From IMG/VR virus record IMGVR_UViG_3300043149_000013, positions 1 through 56,208 of that record: a stretch of DNA of 56,208 bases; one strand, 5' to 3'. Positions within the stretch are counted from its first letter, which is position 1; each line of letters opens with the position of its first letter. The position numbers and the translations under genes were made by a program. The DNA comes from a virus (taxonomy: Duplodnaviria > Caudoviricetes). This document shows, in pieces, positions 47,113 through 55,318 of the stretch. Below the pieces are notes generated by a model that saw nothing but the letters and a program-made list of their open reading frames with translations, was not told where the DNA came from and did not search any database.

Positions 47113-47560
47113 GATTCTGCTGATTGCCGGAGGGGGACTCGCGCTCTGGTACCTGATGTCGAAGAACACCGCGCCTGCGGCAGTGATTCCCGACCGTACC
47201 CCGGCAGGACCGCCGCCCGCGAATCCGCCGAGCGATCCGAACACGACCCCGACACCGCCCCAATATTCGCAAACCCTGGCGCGCATCCAGCAGGCCATCA
47301 CGAGTTCTGGGAATTCCGCCACCTTCAGTTATGGGTTGCAATCGCCGGATGTCTGGAATACGTTCGCGCAGCAGGCGATTCCGAATTACCAGCCACCGGC
47401 CCCGGAAGATCTCTTCCCCGGTTCTACGAATGCCCATGCCCCTGTGACATTCCAGGTGTGGTGGGGCGCGTTGCAGAAGTTCTTACCCCAGGGCCTCAGT
47501 GGCCTGGGATTCCGACGCCAGTCTGCACACTGGCACATGGCAGGAGGTTGGGCCGTATGA
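47102..47560 (+). CDS. Small membrane protein
   Basis: N-terminal TM; GLSGLG near the C-terminus. Confidence 0.75.
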   Translation: MDNKILLIAGGGLALWYLMSKNTAPAAVIPDRTPAGPPPANPPSDPNTTPTPPQYSQTLARIQQAITSSGNSATFSYGLQSPDVWNTFAQQAIPNYQPPAPEDLFPGSTNAHAPVTFQVWWGALQKFLPQGLSGLGFRRQSAHWHMAGGWAV

Positions 47561-47750
47561 ACATCAGCGTTATCAGATGCCGTGTCGGGAAAGCCAAGAC
47601 TCCGGAGCAGCGGAAAGGCAACAACCAATTGATTCGCCTCTGTCGGCGCGTTGCAGAGGTGACCGGTTTTGAATGCCAGTTGCAGACGCCGCGCGGGCTG
47701 ATGGTCTTTGCCTGCCGTAAAGGGCGATCTCAGAAAGCGAAGGTGGCAGC

Positions 47751-47897
47751 ATGATGTGCTTCGGTTGGCGTCCCACGATGAGCTGCTACAAGAGCCAGCG
47801 GCAGGCCCAGCAGGGCCAAGGGGAATGCGCTTCCCCCAACTGGTTTTATGCGCTCCTGGGACTTGCAGTAATCGGGGGTCTCGCTTCGAGAAAGTAA
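47751..47897 (+). CDS. 48-aa membrane protein (not in the ORF track)
   Basis: MMCFGW...NWFYALLGLAVIGGLASRK. Confidence 0.55.
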   Translation: MMCFGWRPTMSCYKSQRQAQQGQGECASPNWFYALLGLAVIGGLASRK

Positions 47898-48161
47898 ATG
47901 CACATCGGAATGGGAGACACGTTGCCGCCTTGCAGTTCGATCACGGTCGCGCCGGGTTTCGTCGGCCCGGTGAACTGCGACCCATCGAGCGGCGGTGTCA
48001 ACTATCCGGCATCCCAATCGCAGGTGGCGAGTGTCGAACAAGCGCTACTCGATTTGCAAGCGCAACAGGACGCGATGGCGCAGCGGCCAGCAGGAGTATC
48101 CAGCAGCATGTTGATTCTTGTGGCTGCTGGTCTGGTAGCGCTGATGGTGATCAAGCGATGA
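47898..48161 (+). CDS. Small membrane protein
   Basis: MHIGMGD; C-terminal TM plus KR. Confidence 0.75.
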   Translation: MHIGMGDTLPPCSSITVAPGFVGPVNCDPSSGGVNYPASQSQVASVEQALLDLQAQQDAMAQRPAGVSSSMLILVAAGLVALMVIKR

Positions 48162-48427
48162 GCGGACTTTCCAACTCGGTGAAGAACCCACAGGGCCGCG
48201 CGGACTGGCTTGCGTCGAAACTCTTGGAGCGTACCGTGGCCGAGAACGGCGACCCGCTGATTGCCCTGATCCACCGCGAGTTTGCGCCGCACATCGACAT
48301 CATGTTGCGGCAGACCATCGGCCCCAAGACGAAGCACGGCCGCGCGATCAAGAAGTATGTCACCGAAGGCCAGCGCCTCATGGGGGAAGTCGCTAAGGCG
48401 CAGCAGCAGCGGAGGAGCCGGGCATGA
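48158..48427 (+). CDS. Small basic protein
   Basis: ATGA coupling; VKNP motif. Confidence 0.55.
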   Translation: MSGLSNSVKNPQGRADWLASKLLERTVAENGDPLIALIHREFAPHIDIMLRQTIGPKTKHGRAIKKYVTEGQRLMGEVAKAQQQRRSRA

Positions 48428-48783
48428 TGTTACCGACTCCAGCACCGGGCCGCGAGATTCCCCAAGGGTTGGGAGCATTGGGCACCGACTGGCGCATCGA
48501 CTGCAACGACGGGAAGACGATCGATTGTGACGCCTGGTCGAATCTCTTCAACCGCACGTGCTGGGGGATCTGCTCCGCGTCTACTTTGCCTTCGGGCACT
48601 GTGCCTCCCGGCCAGGCCGTGCAGCCGGGCGGCCCGCCGCAAACTCCGGACCCCGGACAAGCGGACGAATCGATTACCGGGGCCGTATTGAATGCCGTGA
48701 AGCCGCAACTGAGCGGGACCGCGCTGCTCGCCATGGGAGCCGCCGCCGCTTTCGGATTGATGCTGTTGACGACGAGGAAATAA
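48424..48783 (+). CDS. Small Cys-containing membrane protein
   Basis: GLGALG; four Cys; C-terminal TM plus RK. Confidence 0.75.
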   Translation: MMLPTPAPGREIPQGLGALGTDWRIDCNDGKTIDCDAWSNLFNRTCWGICSASTLPSGTVPPGQAVQPGGPPQTPDPGQADESITGAVLNAVKPQLSGTALLAMGAAAAFGLMLLTTRK

Positions 48784-48787
48784 ATTT

Positions 48788-49255
48788 ATGCAGACTCGAT
48801 TTCATGTCGCGCCCGGTTTGGGTGATCTGATGAACGGATGGTTCGCAGTGCCGCAGAATCCGATGCGGCCGGACGGGACCGTAATCGCTCCCTCCGTGAT
48901 GGCCGTGAACCCAAATGAAGTCGTCAAGTTCCGGAGCCTGGGAGATCTGGTGAGCGGGTCTTTTGTTGTGCCGCAAAACCCCGTGGCCAAGGAAACCGGG
49001 CTCTCCGGATTGGGATGTGGGGGATGCGGCTGCTCCAATTACAACTACGGCCTGTCGGGATTCTCGGATGACCCCGTGGGTTGGCTCTCCGAACCTTCGA
49101 TGGTCGGCAGCGTTCCCAATTGGATGCTCTGGGGAGGCGTGGGAGTGGCGGCGCTGTTCCTCTTCGCGCCGGGTGGCTCCGAGTATCGCGCCAAGTCCCG
49201 CGCCCTCCGTTCCCAGTACCGAGGATACAAGCGAGTGGCGCGCGCCGCCGCATAA
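48788..49255 (+). CDS. Membrane protein with two LG[DE]xxxGxFxxPQNP motifs
   Basis: GLGDLMNGWFAVPQNP, SLGDLVSGSFVVPQNP, GLSGLG; TM followed by a basic tail. Confidence 0.8.
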   Translation: MQTRFHVAPGLGDLMNGWFAVPQNPMRPDGTVIAPSVMAVNPNEVVKFRSLGDLVSGSFVVPQNPVAKETGLSGLGCGGCGCSNYNYGLSGFSDDPVGWLSEPSMVGSVPNWMLWGGVGVAALFLFAPGGSEYRAKSRALRSQYRGYKRVARAAA

Positions 49256-49261
49256 AACACT

Positions 49262-50533
49262 GTGATGCCTTCCCGGAAATCCAACCTCTGGCCTTTCTCG
49301 CGCAGCCGCAAGGCAGTGAGCCACAAGCCCGCCCGCCGCTCTTCCATGACGGTAGGCGAGGCTACCCGTGCGGCCTATCGCGCGGGAAAAGCCAGTGGGG
49401 ATACCGGGTTGTTTCAAGATTGGCTGGAAAAGCAGGGATTGAGCACGCGCGGCAACGTGCTGGTGCGCCGGCTGAAAATGGAGTACGACCGCGGCGTGAT
49501 GGAGCCGACCAGTGCGCCGTTACCTGCTGCTCCCAAGAAATCCGTATTCCGCACGGTGATTCACAAAGGCGTGAAGATCACGCCGACCGAAGAGGGATTC
49601 GTGACAGCCCTCGATTCGTCGGAATTCGAAACGGTGACGGATGCGAAGCGCTTCATTGACGCGTGGAAGAAGAACCCAACCGCGAAGGCCACGGCGCGCG
49701 GCACCCTGAAAGCCTACGACGACGTGTCTGGCGGCATCTACAAATACACGGCGGGATTGCCCTCCACTTTGGGACATGCGCTGCTGAATCCGGATTGGGA
49801 CCAACTCATTCGGCAGGCGGAAACCTCTCACAGTGTGGACGAACTCGCCCGGCTGCACAAGTACGCGATTGGCGCGCGGCACAGGGGATTGCAAGAAGCG
49901 GTAGAAACACGGGCCAATAAGATGAATATCAGCATCGCCAAGTTAACGGCGAAGCACCCGCGCAAGTGGAACGGCAAAAAGAAGAATCCGCAATCGGAAG
50001 CGGATGCACTCTTTGAATCCTTTCACGGGAAGTCCCCGGAAGAGACAATTGAAATCCGGGAAGAGATCCACGAGCATTTGCACCTCGCGACGTTGGGCGT
50101 GTTGCGGGAATTGGTAGTGGACACCATGAGCGGGTTACGCGCGGTCATCCGGTTTGAAAAGGAACCGTACCTCGCATCGTCCGAAGACGGCCGGCAACTC
50201 TACATCGAAGCGGGAGACCAGGAACTCGACTTGGCCGCGCTGAAGATGGACGGCGAAGAGTGGGTGCGCGATCGGATGGTGATCGGCCAGTTTTCCCCAC
50301 CGGAGCCTGGCGCGACGGAGCGCAACGGAAAGCGCTATTGGAACCTGTCCTACCAGACGCAAAAGAAGTTCGATGACTTTGAACTGGTCGATTACCAGCA
50401 CGACCTGGGGGAAGAATCGGGCGTCCGGCCCTTCCTCGAATACGAGCCGCGCAACCAGCACCTTTACATTGCGGGCGGCCAGTATCGAATCGAGCAGCCG
50501 CTTTTGGAAATGAGTCCGGGAATCGAGAACTAA
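49262..50533 (+). CDS. Modular virion/core protein punctuated by NP motifs
   Basis: Basic N-terminus; KKNP, LLNP, KKKNP separate distinct segments; acidic C-domain (FHG..Y.H..GE..G..P.L.Y..LYIAGG.Y). Confidence 0.8.
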   Translation: MMPSRKSNLWPFSRSRKAVSHKPARRSSMTVGEATRAAYRAGKASGDTGLFQDWLEKQGLSTRGNVLVRRLKMEYDRGVMEPTSAPLPAAPKKSVFRTVIHKGVKITPTEEGFVTALDSSEFETVTDAKRFIDAWKKNPTAKATARGTLKAYDDVSGGIYKYTAGLPSTLGHALLNPDWDQLIRQAETSHSVDELARLHKYAIGARHRGLQEAVETRANKMNISIAKLTAKHPRKWNGKKKNPQSEADALFESFHGKSPEETIEIREEIHEHLHLATLGVLRELVVDTMSGLRAVIRFEKEPYLASSEDGRQLYIEAGDQELDLAALKMDGEEWVRDRMVIGQFSPPEPGATERNGKRYWNLSYQTQKKFDDFELVDYQHDLGEESGVRPFLEYEPRNQHLYIAGGQYRIEQPLLEMSPGIEN

Positions 50534-50536
50534 TCT

Positions 50537-50854
50537 ATGAAAAACTCTTGGTGGATATGGGGTTTGGTGGCAGTGGGGGGTTGGTACCTATATCAAAATT
50601 ACCACACTGTGCAAGTCCCTCCCGGAACGCAGCCGGTAGGTGGAGGCGGTGCCGCCCAGTCGGGAACGGCAGTCGGCGGGGATGCCATTACGACCCTTCC
50701 GGTAGGCGGTCCAGGGTCGGCCAATCCGCACCCGCCGGTTACCGGGCCGACCGGAATTCAGACCACGATTGCGGATGCCCAAGGCAATCTGTATGTGGTC
50801 GGAACCGTCAAGGCGTTGCCGGTCACGTTGGCCGGATTGGGTTGGTACACGTAA
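50537..50854 (+). CDS. Small membrane protein
   Basis: N-terminal TM; LAGLG at the C-terminus. Confidence 0.75.
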   Translation: MKNSWWIWGLVAVGGWYLYQNYHTVQVPPGTQPVGGGGAAQSGTAVGGDAITTLPVGGPGSANPHPPVTGPTGIQTTIADAQGNLYVVGTVKALPVTLAGLGWYT

Positions 50855-50856
50855 AT

Positions 50857-51585
50857 ATGAAAATCTCACGGAATGACTTTTTGAAATTGGTGGGTGCCGG
50901 ATCTGCGGGGATCGGCGCGGCGGCTGTCATGAATGGCGGACCTGTGCTCACATTGGAACGTCCATCTGACGTGATGACGGACTCCAAAGTGGAGGCTCCC
51001 GCGCCGACCCTGAAGCCTGTGCCAGACGGGATAGCCGAGCGATTCCCGCATGGCTCCGGCTACTATGATGCCGTGCAGGGAATGCTCTACGACCGAATCA
51101 CATTTCCCAGGGGATCAGTTCTACCGCACTACTTCCCGATGTTTAGTTCCCCGCGCGGCTACGTCTGCCCCTATTCCAACCGAATCAAAGAAAACGGGGA
51201 CACCAATATGTATTCGGCGTGCCAGTTGCACATGCCGCGTACGTTCTGGATTCAGCGGGCGCATATTATGGTGGACCCGGCTACCGGAGCGAGCGACCTG
51301 AAGGCTATTCGTCGCTACGGTTGGCAATTCACTATCGCCCAGAAAGTTTATGCGCAAGGGTCGCTTCTGATGGATGCTGCCTCGCGCAAACTCACAGACA
51401 TTTTCAAACCAAGATTGCAGCCGACGCGCGAGACGCGAGACTTTGAAAAGTCCGGTGGATTCTATATCCCGTCCCTCGACTACTTCGATGTGACTTTTCG
51501 AGGACCGGATAACGGCTACCGATTGAACGAAGATTTGGACCTCGCCTTTGCATTTGAAGGCGTTGATTTTCGCCCAATTCAGTAA
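50857..51585 (+). CDS. Paralogue of the putative major capsid protein with a Tat-like leader
   Basis: MKISRNDFLKLVGAGSAGIGAAAV; LYD..F..K...TNM....L..P..F..QK.Y..G..R..Q-stop shared with 54099-54740. Confidence 0.75.
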   Translation: MKISRNDFLKLVGAGSAGIGAAAVMNGGPVLTLERPSDVMTDSKVEAPAPTLKPVPDGIAERFPHGSGYYDAVQGMLYDRITFPRGSVLPHYFPMFSSPRGYVCPYSNRIKENGDTNMYSACQLHMPRTFWIQRAHIMVDPATGASDLKAIRRYGWQFTIAQKVYAQGSLLMDAASRKLTDIFKPRLQPTRETRDFEKSGGFYIPSLDYFDVTFRGPDNGYRLNEDLDLAFAFEGVDFRPIQ

Positions 51586-51638
51586 AGGGCAGGGGTTCGC
51601 TCGCGCTTCCGGCCGGTCGCGCAAGTGATAGCAGCAAA

Positions 51639-51739
51639 CGCAAAGCAAGCCTTCTAGAAGGGGCTGCCAGCGCAAGAGGAAGTCCATCCCGTGGGGGAAT
51701 GGATCACCTCGAAACGCGGGTAGCCCCTTTTGCTTTGCG
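51639..51739 (+). other. Nested stem-loop of about 100 nt directly before an RBS
   Basis: CGCAAAGCAA/TTGCTTTGCG, AAGGGGCTGCC/GGTAGCCCCTT, GAGG/CCTC, GTCCAT/ATGGAT. Confidence 0.7.
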
Positions 51740-51746
51740 GGAGGAG

Positions 51747-51989
51747 ATGACGACGATGATGCTTGGAATGGGAGACACGACACCGGCACCCACGCCGCAG
51801 ACCACGCTGACGTTTGGAACGGGTCTGCAAATGTGGACCGCGCCCAGCGCCGCATTGACGGCAGTAGGGACGGTGGTTTCCAACCCAACGACCAGTTTCG
51901 CGGCGGCCAATCTCCCGTTCAGTATCGGCCTATTGACTCCGCTGTTGGCCGTAGGCGCGGGTCTTCTGTTGATGGGGAGCAAACGATGA
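51747..51989 (+). CDS. Small membrane protein
   Basis: GGAGGAG RBS; MLGMGD; C-terminal TM plus KR. Confidence 0.75.
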   Translation: MTTMMLGMGDTTPAPTPQTTLTFGTGLQMWTAPSAALTAVGTVVSNPTTSFAAANLPFSIGLLTPLLAVGAGLLLMGSKR

Positions 51990-52666
51990 GCCAAGTAGTC
52001 GAACGTCCGAAAGTGATTGCGCTGTGCCTGCCCGGCGAGTACTTCCACAACATTTGGATGGCGCACATGCTAACGCTGTTCCACCACCTCACGGGGCGCT
52101 TCCTGGTGCAGACCATCACCGGCTACTGCTCTGCCGTCTACATGACGCGCCACGACATTGCGCAAGCGGTGTTGCAAGGAAACCCTCCCGTCGATTACGC
52201 GCTCTGGATTGACGATGACAACATTCTGACCCCGGAGCAATTCGACCGGCTGTACGCAGGACTCACCAAATCCGACGCGCAACTGATTGCCGCGTGGACC
52301 GTGATCGCCCCCGACGCAATCAACGCGTCGCTGTTCGTCTCCTGTGGCCCCATGAAGCCGGACGGCACCAAGGATTGTTTCGGATTCCAGGACATGCAAG
52401 GACCGCCGCGCGAAATCGGATGGACCGGATTCCCCGCCGTCCTCATGAAAACCGAAGCGCTGCGCATGACCGGAAAGTTTCCCTTTGCCCCGATGCCCAT
52501 GGAGACGGAGCGCGGCGCGTCCGGCGAAGACTACGCCTTTTGCAAGCGCCTCACCACAGCAGGAGGAAAGATGCTGGTAGACCCGGAAGTCGCGGTGCCG
52601 CATCTCAAGCTGCGCAACGTGCTCCCCAATCCCGGCATTCTGCGGGCGCGCGAGGTGAGCGCATGA
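51986..52666 (+). CDS. GT-A glycosyltransferase inside the virion operon
   Basis: LWIDDD (DxD), GFPAVLM, GEDYAFC, VDP.V.V.HLK. Confidence 0.8.
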   Translation: MSQVVERPKVIALCLPGEYFHNIWMAHMLTLFHHLTGRFLVQTITGYCSAVYMTRHDIAQAVLQGNPPVDYALWIDDDNILTPEQFDRLYAGLTKSDAQLIAAWTVIAPDAINASLFVSCGPMKPDGTKDCFGFQDMQGPPREIGWTGFPAVLMKTEALRMTGKFPFAPMPMETERGASGEDYAFCKRLTTAGGKMLVDPEVAVPHLKLRNVLPNPGILRAREVSA

Positions 52667-52709
52667 TTTCGATTGCCCGCACGGGCCATTTCACTCAAAG
52701 GAGAAACCA

Positions 52710-53069
52710 ATGGCAGTAACCACTACGTATAGTTTCCGCGTGCCCGGCGGCACCGATGTTGCGGGGTCCACCACGGCCCCGACCGTGGCGCAAGCCGGAG
52801 TCGTTACCCGCATCGCGGCCCAAGTCGTTTTCGGCGCGGATGCGGACACGACCGCTACCGTCACGCACAACTTCCAGACCAGCACCGGCGATATCAACCA
52901 ACTGATGCCGCAGGTCATTCTGAACCAGTCCGCAGCCGGCACGGGACCGATTGCGATCCTCGTCACGCGGACCAACTCGGTTTCGATCACGCTGACCAAA
53001 GGAACCACGGCGGGATCGGCCTGCACGTGCGAACTCGTAATCAGCAAGCCGCACACCATCATCCAGTAA
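52710..53069 (+). CDS. Small beta-rich structural protein
   Basis: AAGGAG RBS; T/V/A-rich. Confidence 0.75.
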   Translation: MAVTTTYSFRVPGGTDVAGSTTAPTVAQAGVVTRIAAQVVFGADADTTATVTHNFQTSTGDINQLMPQVILNQSAAGTGPIAILVTRTNSVSITLTKGTTAGSACTCELVISKPHTIIQ

Positions 53070-53079
53070 AGGAGAGCCG

Positions 53080-54024
53080 ATGACGCGAATCCGAGTCAAG
53101 AAGCTTTCCAATCCGCGGCGGGTCGCGCATCGGAAGGCCAACGCGAAAAAGAAGACCAAGCGCAAGCTGACCCCGCGTCAGATCAAGGCAGGCTTCGGCG
53201 GCAAGCGCCGCCAGTCGGCCCTGAAGCGCAAGGCCCCGAAAAAGAATCCGGTGTACCGCCAGGCGAAGCGACAAGCCAAAGCCAAGCGGCGCGCAAAACG
53301 AACGAGTCACAACCCGGCGCCCCTCATCCTCACGGTGGGGGCCGTCAATCCACGAAGGAGCAAACCCATGGCTCAGAAAAAAGCCAAGAAACGGAAGTCT
53401 GTCAAGAAGAATGCGCGTCGGGTATCCCGGCGTGCTCCACAGCGCCGTCGTCGCCGGGTTGTCGCGCACAACCCCCGGCCCCGACGTCGCGCCCGCAAGC
53501 AGAACCGCCGCCGCAATACGCGCGTCATCGTGATGCAGCCCCGGCGCGCTAACCGCCGCAAGTCCCGGCGCAATCCCGGATTCTTCGGCACCTCGATGAC
53601 GAGCACCGAAGGATTGAAGCTGATCGCGGGCGGTCTGGCTGGTGTGGCTGCAGCCAAGTTCCTGCCCACCCTGCTGCCCGCATCGATCGGTGGCGGCATT
53701 GCGAGTTCCAACGTCGGGCGTACCGTCCTCACGGGCGTGGCGGCCGTCGCGGCTGGCTTCATCGCCGGCAAGTGGGACAAACGCGTGGGTGACGCAGTAC
53801 TCTTCGGTGGACTGATGCAAACCGCATCCGTCGCGCTGAATGCGTTCCTGCCGTCGCTCTACCAGTCGCTCGGTATCGGCCTCGGCGAATTCGCTCCGGG
53901 CCGCTTCGGCCTGCCGCAGAACCCGCTCCGCGAATTGCCCGCGGCCCCGGCCTATCTGCCGGCCGCTTCCGGCTCGCGCGTCCAGACTACCCGGCTCGCC
54001 GGAGCCTACAACCCGGCGTACTAG
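53080..54024 (+). CDS. Highly basic NP-repeat core/genome-condensing protein with a membrane-associated C-domain
   Basis: About 165 aa of K/R-rich sequence punctuated by NP, then hydrophobic helices and GLGEFAPGRFGLPQNP. Confidence 0.85.
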   Translation: MTRIRVKKLSNPRRVAHRKANAKKKTKRKLTPRQIKAGFGGKRRQSALKRKAPKKNPVYRQAKRQAKAKRRAKRTSHNPAPLILTVGAVNPRRSKPMAQKKAKKRKSVKKNARRVSRRAPQRRRRRVVAHNPRPRRRARKQNRRRNTRVIVMQPRRANRRKSRRNPGFFGTSMTSTEGLKLIAGGLAGVAAAKFLPTLLPASIGGGIASSNVGRTVLTGVAAVAAGFIAGKWDKRVGDAVLFGGLMQTASVALNAFLPSLYQSLGIGLGEFAPGRFGLPQNPLRELPAAPAYLPAASGSRVQTTRLAGAYNPAY

Positions 54025-54038
54025 TCACTAGTTTTCAC

Positions 54039-54065
54039 GGGCAGCCGGTAAGTTGACGGCTGCCC
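54039..54065 (+). promoter_or_regulatory. GC-rich hairpin upstream of the capsid candidate (possible mRNA stabiliser)
   Basis: GGGCAGCCG/CGGCTGCCC with no T-tract. Confidence 0.55.
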
Positions 54066-54098
54066 CAATATTCACCGCACTTCAACCAGGAGAGAGAA

Positions 54099-54740
54099 AT
54101 GGCCGCACAAGGAATGCCGATGCCCGGCAACAACCTGTCCGCACAGCAGAAGTTCATTCTCGAGAGTTTCAATTCCGAGACCTACGTGAACAACCGGATG
54201 GACATCCAGGACACCCCGCTCTATGACACGGTGATTCTGACCAACACCGGCGCCACGTCGGTAGTTTCGGTTCTGTCCACTGCGCTCTTCACGAACGTGG
54301 GACCGCAGTCCGGGAAGACCATCGGTCTGACCAACATGGCGCAGCCGCAAAAGCTGAATGCGCCCGAAGCGTTTTCTGTGTTCGGGTTCCGCTTCCGGTA
54401 CTCGGAAAACATCCTGCTCGCCGACCTGTACAACGTCGTCAACACGCAGGTCTTCGAGTTCTACATGGGGCAAAAGGCCTACCACCGCGCGCCCATCTGG
54501 TGCTGCAACGCAGGCGGCGGCATCTACGGCACGCTGACCAACACCGCCACCTCGGTGCTGAACAACGGTATGCCCGGCCGCTCCGACATGCAGCGTCTCG
54601 GCATCAATGTGGTGATCGAGAACCAGATGTCGTTCTACGGTCAGTTGAACGGCGCGCAGCAAACCCTTTCGGCATCGCCTGGGACCGGCATGACGTTCCA
54701 GATGGTGTTGTCGGGGCTCTACGCCCGCGGCGTTCAATAG
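54099..54740 (+). CDS. Putative major capsid protein (single jelly-roll-like, 213 aa)
   Basis: Strong AGGAG RBS, flanking RNA hairpins, follows the core protein, beta-rich; the fold is inferred. Confidence 0.65.
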   Translation: MAAQGMPMPGNNLSAQQKFILESFNSETYVNNRMDIQDTPLYDTVILTNTGATSVVSVLSTALFTNVGPQSGKTIGLTNMAQPQKLNAPEAFSVFGFRFRYSENILLADLYNVVNTQVFEFYMGQKAYHRAPIWCCNAGGGIYGTLTNTATSVLNNGMPGRSDMQRLGINVVIENQMSFYGQLNGAQQTLSASPGTGMTFQMVLSGLYARGVQ

Positions 54741-54883
54741 AAATCCGCTTCGTTTCCCGCGTCCGCTGATTCCGAAACCGGACACGTCGCGCGCCGCTGC
54801 TCCTCTGGGGTGACGCGCGGCGTGGACCGGCTAGGAAGGCCGGACGAAGAGACCGAGCGCAACCGCAGCCAACTGGAGGAAAT

Positions 54884-55315
54884 ATGCCCGCAGTCGCTTC
54901 GAACCCTTACGCTCCCCCGTCGTACAACGGCATCCCGGACGGATCGCCGGAGAACTACGTCGATATCGATTTCACCTACCCCTACGACGTTACGCTGACC
55001 GCCAACCAAGTGCTCTTGGGACAGGCAATCAGTACCACCAACGATGCGGACTTCGCCTGGCGCGCGATCATCATTGCATCGGCCACCGGGTCTTTCAGCA
55101 TCAAGTTTTACGACTCGCAGTCCTTCGCGCTGTCGAATTCTCCGGTAGCATCGGCCAACCTGGTAGGCGACGCGTCGTCTCCGTGGCCAGTATTCCCGGA
55201 AATCCTGATTCCCGCGGGCGGCCGGATCGGCATCGACATCCAGGACACGTCCGGCTCCGGCAATACGATTGAGCTGCTGTGCCGCGGCGTCAAGCGGTAC
55301 CGGATTGCGGGGTGA
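54884..55315 (+). CDS. Putative minor capsid beta-sandwich protein
   Basis: GGAGG RBS; YVD.DF.Y.Y, D.DF..RAI, P.P..IPAG..I.ID, GVKR shared with both halves of the next gene. Confidence 0.7.
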   Translation: MPAVASNPYAPPSYNGIPDGSPENYVDIDFTYPYDVTLTANQVLLGQAISTTNDADFAWRAIIIASATGSFSIKFYDSQSFALSNSPVASANLVGDASSPWPVFPEILIPAGGRIGIDIQDTSGSGNTIELLCRGVKRYRIAG

Positions 55316-55318
55316 CCT

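Noticed and set aside
54765-54850. Hammerhead ribozyme (CTGA...GAAA)
   Set aside because: The CUGANGA core is not intact (CTGATTC) and the GAAA is not placed as required
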